DNA of 64,000 nucleotides from Phaeosaccion multiseriatum. Its lineage: Eukaryota > Protista > Ochrophyta, other classes. Positions 34,839 through 47,574 of this stretch are shown in pieces. The notes under the pieces were generated by a model. It was given only the letters and a program-made list of their open reading frames with translations, was not told the DNA's origin and did no database searches. The translations under genes were made by a program, and so were the position numbers. The stretch's first letter is position 1. Every line of letters begins with the position of its first letter. The stretch lies in contig OZ218951.1 of the NCBI GenBank assembly GCA_965112735.1, positions 4,836,001 to 4,900,000 of the forward strand, written 5' to 3'.

Positions 34839-37800
34839 AACAGAGAGAGAGAGAGAAGAGCGTAGAGAGAGAAAGGAATCAACCTCTCACTCTTCCCTCC
34901 GTCCCATCGCATCTGAAATTCCACACTCACGAGTGGGTGTACAGGTTGTAGTGCTTGTGCCCCCCCAAGTGCAACTTGAACAAGTTGGCCATGATCTCGT
35001 GGTCGGGGTTGAAGAAGGAGATCTGTGTGGAGGCCCCTCCCATGTCCAGAGCGCCGAAGGAGGTGCTTGGGAGAGAGGTGCCGTAGCCACGCCCGCTCAG
35101 CTGAGGCAGGCAAGTGGGTGGGTGAGTGGATGAGTGGGTTGGGGAGTGAGCGGGTGAGTGAGTGGGTGGGTGGGTGAGTGGGTGAGTGAGTGGGTGGGTG
35201 AGTGGGTGGGTGAGTGGGTGGGTGAGTGGGTGGGTGAGTGGGTGGGTGAGTGGGTGGGTGAGTGGGTGGGTGAGTGAGTGGGTGGGTGAGTGGGTGAGTG
35301 GGTGGGTGAGTGGGTGGGTGAGTCAGTGGGTGGGTGGGTGAGTGGGTGGGTGAGTGGGTAGGGGGGGGTTGTTGGGGGTCAGGGGTTGATTAATTGGGGC
35401 TTGTTGCATTTGTCTGCTCTGCGATACTCTCTACTCTCTCACACTGCCAAGTGCCTTTGCTCTACCCTGCACTCTCCTCTGCTCTACTCTTTGGCCCACT
35501 TTCTCTGCTCTACTCTTGCCTATATACCTCTGCCTTGCTCTGCTCTGCTCTGCTAGTCTGTACCCTACAAGCGGCACCCTACTCTCTCACCTGCAGAGTG
35601 TCTTTGATGAAGTTCACGGCGGTCCACCCGAAGATGCCCTCCTCCTCCCCCGAGAGCACTCTGCGACGTGTCGTGTGGCGTGTGATAGAGTTGCATCGGG
35701 TTGTTATAAAAGGGACAAAATAAAAATCGGAGGTGTGTAAGACGTGGTTTGGAATGTCTCTCTCACCTCTCCCTCTTTCTCTCTCCCCTCTCTCCCTGCC
35801 CCCCTCCCCTCCCTCCCTGCCCCCCTCTCTCTCACTCACCGAGCGTACTCCTTTTCGAAGTAGAAGGGACAGAGGTCTCCACCGAGGAACTTTTGCACCT
35901 CATCAACGATTGCGAAGCGCTGCGAGTGAGGAAGCTCACGCATACCTCCCGTAGCCTTTGGAGACAGAGAGACAGAGAGAGAGGGAGACAGAGGGAGAGA
36001 GAGACAGAGAGAGGGAGAGAGAGAGGGCGACAGGGAGAGAGAGAGAGAGCGACAGGGAGAGAGAGATAGATAGAGAGAGAGAGAGAGAGGGAGAGAGAGA
36101 GAGAGGGAGAGAGAGAGGGAGAGAGAGAGAAAGAGGGAGGGAGAGAGAGCGACAGGGAGAGAGAGCGACAGGGAGAGAGACGGAGAGAGAGGGAGCGACA
36201 GGGAGAGAGAGAAGGAGAGAGAGGGAGGGAGAGAGAGAAAGAGGGAGGGACAGAAAGAGAGAGGGAGAGAGAGAGAAGGAGAGGGAAAGAAGTTAGAGGA
36301 AGAGGGGGTGAGAGAGAGAGACAGAGAGGGAAAGAAGTAAGAGGGAGAGGGAGAGAGAGAGAGAGAGAGGGAGAGACAGAAGGAAAGGGAGAGAGAGCGA
36401 GAGAGAAAAATAGACAGGTGGTTCAATCAGGAAAACAAACGAAAGACGAATGAGCCAACTCCTTCGCCGCTGTCCGCTTCCCTCACTGCCCTCCCCTCCG
36501 CCCACTCACTCACTCACAGGGCTCTCTCTCATCCCCTCCCCCCTTCTCCATCCACTGCCATCTCCTCCCTCATACATCCGCCAAAAGATGAGGAAGGGGT
36601 GCCAGCCACGATCACCGTACTAACCGAGCTAACCAACTACCCCCCCCCCCCCCCATCTGCTGCCGTCCTCCCTCCCCTCCACCCACTGCCATTCCCCATT
36701 CCCCCTCTCCATCCACTGCCATCCCCTCCCTCACTCACCCTCCAGAAGACGGGGAAGGGGTGCCACGATTATCGTCCTAACAAGCTCACTAACTAACCCC
36801 CCCATCGAACACAATAAACTGAAACTCCCACTCACCCTCCAGAAGACGGGAAATGAGTGCCATCTGTCTGAATGTTCCTTCAGCGCCTCTTTGGCGAAGT
36901 CCATCAAAGGGAGCATCGCAGCCTCCACGTCCTGCGGGTGACTCCTGCACAAGGCAGGGAAGTTGGTGATACAGGGTAAGAGGGCAAGTGCGTGACAGAT
37001 GGTAGAAGAGTACGTTAAGCCCAATAGTATGCGTATTTCGTAGCCTTACGTACGTACCCGAAGGTGGAGATGCCCGGGCTCATTCGCTGCGTCCACAGAG
37101 GCTTGGAGCTAGGGAAGGACAGGGGAGGAGGCAGCTGGTCGGTGGCGCGGGGGTCCCACTCAAAGACCTGTTGGTGACACAGAGGGGGGCGAGGGAGGGA
37201 GTGAGGGTTGATAGCTTGATATCGACACGCATGTATTGCGATTGTCTGTGCCTCGTGGGAATATGTCAAGGGGCGGGAGGGGAGAAAGCCTCGGACATGC
37301 ATGTCCAAGTTAGTGTTAGACTCTACTTTGAAGGGTGAACTTACGTGCATTCGACTACCCTTGCTCCCTGCGTCAATCATCTGAGAGACAGATAAATGCA
37401 TATTAAAGAGAAAGAGAGAGAGAATGAGTGTGTGTGTGAGAGAGAGAGAGAGAGAAACAGAGACATAGAGAGTGAGAGAGAGAGTTAGAGAGAGAGAGAG
37501 TTAGAGAAAGAAATAAAAGGAGAGAGTGGGCGAGGAAGAAAGAGACGACAGAGGAAGAGAAGCGGGGAGGGAGGGAGAGAGAGAGAAGAAAGGGAGAGTA
37601 AGAGAGAGGGGGAGGGACTGAGACCTAGAGAGAGAGAGAGAAAGCAGCGAGAGAGAGAACACATCGAATGGGGACATAGTAGTGGCGGTGAGAAAAAGAA
37701 ACTAGAGAGTTGACTTGGCTTGAATGAATGCGTAATAGAGGTGCCCAGCCGCAGCACTCTACATCTGTCGCGCACACACCCACACCCTTACTCAACCCCT

Positions 37801-37991
37801 CACCCACCCACTCCCTCACTCACCAATCCATGGGTTGACCACGCAAGGTCGGGGACCTCTGCGGCGCTCCACGCCTCCACCCTTGCCGTGAACAGACCGG
37901 CCAACAGGCTCATGGCCAGGCCGCCCGCCAGCGAGAGAGATGACCGCGGGGACAGCCGCTGCCCCCTCCGCTGGTCCGGAAGGGGAGCCAT
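30431..37991 (-). CDS. GDA1/CD39-family apyrase (NTPDase), multi-exon, with N-terminal hydrophobic leader and C-terminal TM helix; some internal exons uncertain
   Basis: Apyrase conserved regions IDAGSKGSR (37380-37345), ATGGMR, SGEEEGIFGW, GALDMGGASTQ and IGWALG; phase-compatible splice sites for the first seven exons. Confidence 0.9.
31867..32050. repeat. 10-bp minisatellite GGGGCATACA / GGGGTATACA in an apyrase intron
   Basis: Direct reading. Confidence 0.9.
32545..32755. repeat. (GGGGA)n pentanucleotide tract in an intron
   Basis: Direct reading. Confidence 0.9.
35114..35360. repeat. (GGGT/GAGT)n tetranucleotide tract in an intron
   Basis: Direct reading. Confidence 0.9.
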
Positions 37992-38353
37992 GCCGCTCGC
38001 GTCTGTCTTCCCCGGCGTGTGCTGTTGCTTGGCGCCCGCCTGTTGCTCTCTCCTCTGCGGCTGTGAGGGATGATTCGGATACGAATCAGAACAACACCAA
38101 CAACAAAAAAGTACCGAGAAACAAGCGATACTTCCTCTGCATTGCAGCCCTGTCAACCCTCCCCCACCCCCCTCCCATCAGCAGTCGTAGCAGGAAGTAG
38201 GGTAGCAGCAAGCAGTGGCAGCAAACAACACTTACCACCTTACCACCTTGATTTTGTCATTTGGTCAAGCATGTGCCCATCCGGGCGCGAATCACGTCGT
38301 GGAAACCACAATCCGCACTTTCCCCCCTTCCTCTTTCACAAGAGAGCGGTGCA

Positions 38354-38954
38354 ATGAGGGGAAAGCCGGCCCTGCTTTGCTTAGCAGTACTCGTGCGGGT
38401 CAATGCAGGCAACCCCCTCAGCTGTAGCAGCAGCGGCGGTGGCAGGAGCAGCAGTGGCAGCCACAGTGGCTCGCGCTGCTGCCAGTGCAACATAGGTACT
38501 CCTGTTAGCAGGAGGAGTAGCAAGGAGAGTACTTTTAGCCCGGCTGCCAGAGCAGCGTGGGATTTACGGGGAGGGTGGCTCTGTGCAGCATCGTGCCCCA
38601 CTCATGCAGGAGCAGCAGCAGGAGTAGCACCAGGAGCAGCAGCAGGAACAGGAGCAGCAAGGCTTGGCCATGCTCGGAATTATCACTTGCTGCCAAGGCT
38701 TTCGCCTTGCTCAGCATCATCACTCCCCGCATCATCGATAACATCTACATGCACGCTGGAATCGAGCATTATTGCGCGCAGTGGGGCGCGCGAACCAGAG
38801 CTCGGTAGTGACCACCACCCCGTAGTAGCAGCAGCAGCTGCTGCCTTGGATAGGCTGCGTAGTAGACGTCGTAGAAGTAGAGGCAACCGCAGCAGTAGGC
38901 GCAGTGTTCGTGGCAGTAGTAGTAGCAACCTTGTTGGGTGCTACGGCCAGCAGA

Positions 38955-38985
<31 letters not shown>

Positions 38986-40168
38986 AATGACGTTCTCGCG
39001 GGGGCGGGGTGCGAGAAGTACTCGAAGGAGGAAAGCAGCATGGCATGGGTCAAGCGGATCAGAGCAGACGCAAGGGCGACGAATAGGAGGGCGGCGGTTT
39101 GCGTCAGCAGTAGCAAGAGCAGCAGCGGGAGGGGGAGGAGCTGGAAGAGCCAGACACAGAAGAGGAGGGGCAGAGGCGGGAACGATGGTAGCAGACGGCG
39201 CAACACAGAGGAGAACAACGTGGGGCTCGACGATAGGACGGAGGAGGAGGAGAAGAAGAAGCGGTGGCAGCACAGAAATGGAAGGAGGGAGAGGGTACGA
39301 AGAAGAGCAAGAAGAAACAAAGGCCGGGCGCGGCGTCACCCTCGCCGCGGCTGCTGCTGTTTCCATCTCCCCCTCCTCCGCCGAAGCCCTCGATGCGCTG
39401 CTGGACACGGCGGTCGAGAGAGCCAAGGCCTTTGCCGGTCGGGCGGGGCAAGCTCTGCATCCCGCGCAGGAGAGAGCAGCGGCAACATCGACGGCAATTG
39501 CAGGGTGGTTCTCCCGTCTGGTGCCATCGCTGTCGCCCAAGCAACCCATCGCAGCGTTGGGGGAGCGCTCCTCACATCTGCTGGAGCTGCCGAGCTCTCT
39601 CGGGGCAGGGGGGTGGCAGCGTGTGAGGCACTGGGCAGAGGGGGGGTGGCAGGGGGCGGTGACGTACCTCCACACCCTCCACACCCCCTCCACTTCTGAG
39701 CTGGGGCAGCAATGGAACGCCCTGGTAGAGGCGGTTGTCGACCGCTTGCAGTTCGCCCTGCTCAACATTACCATCCCCACCATTAGCTGGGCGAGGAAGG
39801 AGCCCCTCCAGGCCGCTTTCCTCATGGCCCTGTTGGTGAACATCGTTTGGATCTCCCTGCTGGATGTCGTGCAGAGGGTCTTGAAGCGTTACTTTGGTCG
39901 CGGCCAGGCAAGGGGGCTCTACGTGAAGCGCAGACCCAAGCACAGCTGCTACTACTGCGGCGGCTTTGGCATTGTGGAGTGTGACTTGTGCCTCGGTACG
40001 GGCTACCGACTGGACTTGGAGAGCCGCATCATTTACTCCGAGCCGTGTGCCAAGTGCATCGCCAGGAGGTGGCAGTACTGCGAGCGGTGCGGAGGCTCGG
40101 GCAGCAGGTTGAGGGCGTGGGGAACGTGGTCTGTGCAGCGCTTCGTTCACTCCCTCCTCTCGGGCTGA
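38354..40168 (+). CDS. DnaJ-type zinc-finger (CxxCxGxG) membrane protein, probably plastid-targeted
   Basis: Signal-like MRGKPALLCLAVLV, long Ser/Arg-rich leader, a TM helix, then CYYCGGFG, CDLCLGTG, CAKC and CERCGGSG. Confidence 0.75.
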
Positions 40169-42097
40169 AAGCTGAAGAAAGGGGAGGGAGGGAGGGTGGG
40201 CGGTACGGGCTTTTTGCTCACGCTGACTGGCTGACGGGCTGGCTGATTCACTCACTCACTCTGCGTCACTGCGACCGCTTCGTTCAATGCGTCAGTCATC
40301 AGTCATGGGGGGGATGTGCGCCTCTCCAACAGGGCAGCAGGAGAGGAGGGGTGTGGATTATTACCATGTGACGGTTACAGGTAGGGTGCTACATGCACCA
40401 CAAGCGTTTCGTATAGAAGGAAGAGACCTAAGCCCTACGGCACAGCCCAAGCATTACCGCTGTATCCAATGGGCGATGGCTTTCGTCAGAGAGAGAGAGG
40501 GGAGAGAGAGGCGATAAGGGGGCTTGCTTGTCGCACAAGGGATGGAGGCAGGACCTCCCACACACGGAGGCTTTTCCGGAAAGGGCTTATCCATTTTACT
40601 TTATTTTTGCTTAATTTGAAGGAAGGAGCAAGCGCACACACCCACCCCGCACCCCTCCACCGGGAGCCTCACGAACGCATACCACTCGAGGCCGATACTT
40701 CCGATCTCGAATGTCCTCTGTCGCACAGCCAGCCCCCCACACGGACCCTCCCACCTAGAAAGCATGTGACGCACAGGTAACCTGAGACATAGAGAAGCGA
40801 GGCAGAGGGGCAATGATGAGAGTGGGCAAGTAAAGGAGGTGGGTTGAGGGGGAGGAAGTCTTGAAAGGAGAAAGAGACAGGCGGAGATGGAAAAAAGCTG
40901 AAGGTTCTCTGTATGGCTATGATCGAGAATAGCACAGGCGGAGTGTGTGGCTGAGATCAGAGATCGACTTTCGACTTTTGGAAGGCAAAATCGACACTGT
41001 GTGGAAGGAGGAAAAAAGCCGATCCGTTCGTTGGTGCAGCCTGTCGTCCTCCGACGGGGCCAGCAGCATGAAGGACAGTGCGGCCAGCACCAAGGACTCA
41101 GTCCTCGACATGGCAGGGGATGCTGTGGACAAGGCTGGGGACGTGGTGGACAAGTTGAAGTAAGAGGCGCGGCGGAAGGAAGGCACCAAGGACACCTGAA
41201 CGGCGGTCTCGATACGCTCTCACTCAAGGCGACCAACCGTAGTGAACGCCCATTTTGCGGAGCGGGACTGGTATTGGGGATCAGTCGCGCGGGGTAGACA
41301 GAAGTGGAGTAGAAGGTTGCTTACGAAGGTTTGTCCTTCCATCTCTGGAATATAAAAAAATTGTATTACACACTTACAGTTTCATTGCTACGGGCTCCGG
41401 TCACGAGGGAGGAGCCACGGTGTGTTTGCTTCTTGCTCCCCTGAATAGGGAGTCGCGTACTGAGTGACACGTGCCTACCTTGGTGACACGGGGCTTAGCT
41501 ACTTCGTAGAACACCTCTGTCTCAACATCGAGCGAGCGAGACACCCCCCGCCTCGGCTACTAAAGGCTCTCTCCCTCTCTCTGTCCAAGGTGATTTTGAT
41601 TCAAGCTTGGTACAGCTGACGCTGAGGCAGTGGTTTTCACACAGACTCTGTTCCATAGAACGTCACACGTCAGCCGCCCACCATTCTCTGCACGCCTCCT
41701 TGGACGCTCTTTAGGGGATTGCTCTCCCATCTCCCCTCTTCCTGCCCTCTCCCCTCCTCCTGCCTGCCCACTCGACTACCCCATGCCATGACCTGTGATG
41801 GAGAGACAGGGCCAGAGCCGCGCGAGCCGACGAACCCCAAGTGTGGACGATCCCCAGAACCAAACCATTGTGAGGACGTCACAACATGACCCCGCAGCCC
41901 CATAAATAGCTGACAGTTTCACACTCCACAGCGCCTTACGCCGACCATCTCATGTCCCCTCTACGTGACCGTACCACCCTCTCCCTGTATCTCACTAAGT
42001 CTCAACAGCACCACCTTCCTTCTCGTCCTCGCCCGAGTAGCTCCAGCCACCCTTCCGAACACCTTGGCCACACCGCAGGCGAGAAGCGCTCCATTTA

Positions 42098-43652
42098 TCA
42101 TGCCATCTCCTCCGCCACCTCCCGCAGCACCTCAGGGCTGACCTCTTTCTGCGACACCTTCAGCCTCCCTTCCTTGCCAAAGAGAAGGTCAGTGCCCCGC
42201 ATCAGGTCCAACGCGCTTTGTGACGCAAAGTGCTGTCTGTCCGCGGCCAGGAGGAGCTCGATTGGTGGTGCAACCCTGAGCGCTCTGATCCTTGTCAAAG
42301 CGTTTGGCAGAGAGGCCCGTCCTGAGAGCAGCTCTAGCACCGCCCCGCTGTGGCCCTTTAATGCTGCATACATCAAGGGCGTTTCATCGTGGATATTGTC
42401 ACCCTCATTGTCAGGATCAGCCCCGGCAGACAGCAAGACACGGATCACTGCCTCATGGCCCTGCATAGCAGCATATATCAAAGCTGTGTGCCCCTGAGTA
42501 GTCAGCATGTCCACATCGGCCCCTCCTGAGACGAGTTCCTCCACGACACGTGCGTGGCCACTCTGAGACGCCACGTGTATCGCTCGAGCCCCGTCGCCAC
42601 TCACCGCATTCACCTCCGCACCAGCCCTGAGCAGCTTTCGCGCAATGCTTCGGCGTCCACTGATACACGCTATCATCAATGCAGTTCTCCCCACCACGCC
42701 GTTAAGGCTCTCGAGGTCAGCGCCGGCTCTGATGAGCTGCTCCACCACAATGTCATGACCATTTAGGCTCGCCATATAAAGCGGAAACCACCCGTCGCGG
42801 GTCACCGAATTGACGTTCGCTCCCGAGGTGATCAGCAGCTGCGTGACCCTGTGGTGTCCGTCTTTAGCGGCCACCAACAAGGGGGTGATGTCTTCACCGT
42901 TTCTTCCATCAACGTGGTTGGGATCCGCGCCGGCCGACAGTAGCTGCTGCACCACCACATGCTGCCCTTCCAAGGAGGCTGTACAGAGGGCCGTAACACC
43001 TTTCGAATCAGCCCGTTCAATCTCCGCGCCGGCCGAAAGAAGCTGCTGCACCACTGCGTAGTGCCCCGCCTCTGATGCCAACTTTAGAGCCGTCGAGTCG
43101 TAATTGGTGGCGAGGTCTACATTGGCGCCGGCGGAGAGCAGCTCCTGCACTACCGTAACATCGCCCCTACAGGAGGCAACCACCAGAGCCGTAGCACCCG
43201 TAGCATCTTGGGCGTCGATATCAGCACCGGCCGATAGCAGCTGTAGAAAACTAGCAGTATCCTCATTAATACATGCCACAAACAAGGGAGGCACACCCAT
43301 AACATCTCGAGCATTCGGCGACGCCCCCTCTTGCAGGAAAAGAGGAATCATATCACCCCTCTCCTGTTGCAAAGCTAAGTGCAAGGCAGGAAACCCTTGC
43401 TCATCGAGGGGCTCGTCCAAGCATGCCTTCCTCCCTCCGTTCTTAGCGACGAGGGCCCTCACGGCCGCTTGCACCCTTTGGACGCTCTGGCCACCGGTGA
43501 TGGCTTTACCAAGGCGGATAGCCTATCCCACAAGGAGAGGGAAGAGAAAGAGAAAAAAAAGAAAAAGTCAGGGAAAAGGGAGTGAGTGAAGCCACCCTCT
43601 TACGTATCATGCTCTGCCTCTCCCTTACCTCGACACTGATGGCTCGCTGCAT
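42098..43652 (-). CDS. Ankyrin-repeat protein ANK5 (11 repeats), diverged member of the array family; exons 43652-43629, 43522-42098
   Basis: MQRAISVE|gtaag..ag|AIRLGKAI mirrors ANK1-4; C-tail FASQSALDLMRGTDLLFGKEG...VAEEMA is homologous. Confidence 0.88.
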
Positions 43653-44390
43653 GGCAATATACTGTGGGTTTAAGACAAGGTACGGGAAGGAAAGGAAAAA
43701 GGAAAGGCAAGTTTGAAAAAAGCGAAAAACGAAAAAGTACTCGTCCGTCCTGCCCGTGGGCACAACGCCGTGCTTTCTTTTTCACTCCGCCCCTGATCGA
43801 CCCTGACATCCTGCTTCTTTGCTTCTGGCCGGCGCCAGCCGGCCTGCTTCCTGCTCCTGGGCTGGCCTGGCCTGTCTCAGAAGCATGTCAGGGGCCGAGT
43901 TCACGGCTCGCGAGGTTTTCATAGGGAACAAGCAATGACGTGGAGGAGGAGCAGCTGAAGATCGAGGAGGTCAAAAGCGCGGCGGGCGGGTTCCTCCCTC
44001 AAAGCGGCGCATGAGCACACACCCCTTCTCTTCCAATATCTTTGCTGATTTTCATCAAAATAAATAAAATAAATACAGTGTCGACAGCGACGACCCTCTA
44101 ATATCGGGACTGCCCTCCTGTCCTTCTCCTGTCCTCCACGCAAGACAAGAGACCCCCCCCACCCCGTGTATTACTCTCCTCTCCACTCCTCCCACTGCCG
44201 TAGGGTATCATGCCCCCCCCACACCGACCTTCTCCTCTTCCCTCCCTGTGCCCTCTCCCCCCCGTCCCCTCCGTTTCCTCCCTCTCGCTCCTCCTCCTCC
44301 TCCTCCTCCTCCTCCTCCCAGGGCCGTAAAAGAGCCTCAACGTTGATGGAGCTCTCCCCCCTCGCTCCCTCAGCATAAAAAACAACCCTC

Positions 44391-45796
44391 TCAATCGTCC
44401 TTCCTTCGCACCGGCCTGGGCTTACTCAAAAAGCCGCTCAATCCGTTGTCCTTCCTTCGCTTCGGCAGCAGACTTTCCAGTCCTCTGTCTTGGTTCTTTC
44501 TCACCGCCCTTGGCCTTCCCTTGGCAGCCACTCCTCTGGCCTTCTTCCTCTGCACCGGTGTGCGCTTCCCCACTCGGTCCCTGCTGCGCACCGGCTTGCG
44601 CCTCCCCATGAAGCCAACTCTGTACTCCTTCTCCTTCTCGCTTGCCCTTTGGTCGGGCGTGAGCAGAGCCCACCGCAACGGCCCGGGCAGCACGGACAAG
44701 ATAGCCCCCTCCTCCCGCTCAATTTCAGAGCCCCTCTTGCCGTAGGGCGCCCCCTGCGCCACCAGGGGAGGAGAATATGGGCTGACTTCGTAGGGGCTGA
44801 CACTCCACTCACTCAGCCAGCTCTGGGGCAATCGCTGCTGCAGTTTGGAGGGCAACAAGCCCAACGAATACTCCCGGAGGTACCGCAGAATGGCCACGAC
44901 ATTCCTCAGGAGCGTGGAGAAGGTCTCTCCCGGGTGAGATGTCGCCTGCAGCACCGCCTGCAGCAGCGGCCCTGCCCAATTTGTGTTTCGGAGTCTTTCA
45001 AACTCCTTGCTGGCTCCCTCCTTGAGCCGTTCATTCTCCCTCTCGAGGTCGAAGTTACGCAGATAAGTCTGAACGCTCTGACCCCATCCGTACAGCCTCC
45101 TCTTCTCCTCCTGCCAGTCCACCGGTGGCCTCATCTGCCACTCATCCATCGCCTTCATCCGCAGCCCCTCTAGTGCGATCCTCCAGTCCGAAGAGGCATC
45201 TCCGAGCGCCTCAACCCCCTGCTTGGTCCATCTCGATAGGCTGTAAATTGTTCGGCACACGCACACACACACACAGCAATTTAGTTTTTTTCTCCTCTTT
45301 TCGTTCTCCTCTGTCCTCTCTGCTTCTCTACACACTCATCGCAAAAACATACACACACATACACACACATATATATACCACATATATACATACATACATA
45401 CATACACACACATACAAACACACATACAAACACACTGCACAGTGACATCAAGCTAGTGTCGTGTCGGGCTACTACCGCCCCCTCTCCGCCTCCCCTCTAC
45501 TCCCCCCTTACGTGTCTGTGGCCACAAGGTAGTTCCTCCTCAGTTGGTACTGATTCTCGATAGCCTTGGCCTCTTTGGAAATGAAAGTCATGACCGACGT
45601 GTACTTGTCCATCAGGCGGTACTGCGTGTCGTACTTCTCGAATATCTGAAGGCATATGGGCGTACGTACGGGCAGGGAGGGACGAGCATATGGGCAGGGA
45701 GGAGAGAGAGAAGGAGATTGACAGATAGAGAGGGAGACAGGGAGAGAGAGACATGCACACAGAGAGAGGGAGACAGACAGAGAGAGAGAGATAGAA

Positions 45797-45848
<52 letters not shown>

Positions 45849-47543
45849 GGTGGGGTGGGGGATGAGGATGGGGAGAGCAGCAGCGACACGAAGATGTGAG
45901 CACGATATGCCGCTGTTGAGTATACTGCTGCTGCAAGACTAGAGGGGAAAGAAAGACAGAGTGCCTACCCGCGGCCACTTCTCCCCTCCGTCCACTGCCC
46001 TCCCCTCCACTGACCCTCCCCTCCATTCACCACCATCCCATCCCACCCCCCCCCACACCCTTGTCCTCCCTCCCTCGCTCCTTCCCTCCTTCCGTCCCTC
46101 CACTACCATACCCTCGACTGCCATACCGACCCTCCATCCACTGCCATCCAATCCATTGCCATCCAGTGCCATCCACTGCCATCCATCCCGCACCTTGTAG
46201 GAGAACTTGCTGGTTTTGTACATGAAAACGGATTGGCGATACCACGTCTTGACGTCGTATACCAACAGCGCTACCTGAGTGCCGATGGCCGTGCTGTATC
46301 GCCCCATGGGACCTGACCATCCCAGAGGGAGGGAGGGAGGGAGGGAGGGAGGGAGGGATGGATGGGTGGATGGAGGGAGGGAGGGAGGGAGGGAGGGACG
46401 AGAGGGAGGGAGGAATGTATGAGCGACCAGTGAGAGGGGTGGCAGTGGATGGTGTGCGAGGCGAGGCATCATGCCCTGCATGTGGTCCTTCCCGCGGAGC
46501 TGTGTGTAGGCTGGCGACTACCACCTCTCAAGCAAACAAGCGCGTACCACCAACCACTACATCCCTCTTCTCCACCTTCTCTATCGGGAGAGCTGTCCAA
46601 ACAGATCCAAGGACAAGGAGGACAGAGGACGCATGACAATGGTGGGGGCCACGCCGAAAGACTATCGATCCATCGCTTGTTTACCTTCCGTCGTGGTGAG
46701 GTGAGCGAGGAGCGAGGCGCCGATGACCGCGCCCACGAACCACAGGTTGGTGTGGATCGACCAGAATACCACCCCGCCTATAAACACACCCGCAAAGGCC
46801 GCTCCAATGCTCGTAGACCGCTTGTCCTGAATCAGCTTCCTCCTCACCTCTTCCTCTTCCTTCTGCTTGGTGTATTGTTCCACAGCTCCCAGAGGAGAAA
46901 ACGTGGTCAGAACGTGCTTCACGTCTTCCTTCGTCCTGGAGTACTGGTCTTGAACCGACTGTGGAGCCTTCATGTTCTTCAGAGCCTGCTGTATAGCCTT
47001 GTCCCAACTGCCGCTTGCCTGCTTCACCACCCCATCCCAGTTGAGGAGGCTTCCCCAGCTACTGCTGCTTCTGTCGATAGGGACCTGGTAAGTCTCCTTC
47101 ACTTTCTCCAGCTCCTCCTGCCCCTTCTCCTTCTCCTTCTTCTCCTCCACCTTCTCCTGCTCCTCCTCCTCTTCCTCCTCATCCTCCTCATTTTCCTCCT
47201 TCGCCTCTCCGTCACCCTTCTTTCCCTCCTTCTCCTCGTCTTCCTCATCCTTCTGACCACTACCAAATTTCTTCATGAACTTTGAGGCCTTGTGCATGGC
47301 GCGCCTCCCCTGGGGCTCCCGATCCCCCAAAATAGGATTAGACAGTCCACCCCCGGCCGCGGGCACTGTTGCCGGCGCTTTGGGAGGGGTCGGTGGCGAT
47401 GGCCCTATCACTGAAGGCGAAGAGGAGAGGGGGGCACGGGAGGAGGGGGGGGACGAGGAAGATGGGGAGAGGGAGGAGGAGGAGGAGGAGGGGAGGGAGG
47501 ATGAAGATGTGGAGGAGGAGGGGAGGGAGGAAGAAGATGTGGA

Positions 47544-47574
<31 letters not shown>

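Noticed and set aside
40469-41163. Possible small two-exon gene ending in an LEA-like DAVDKAGDVVDKLK
   Set aside because: One plausible intron but no convincing start or homology; too weak to call.
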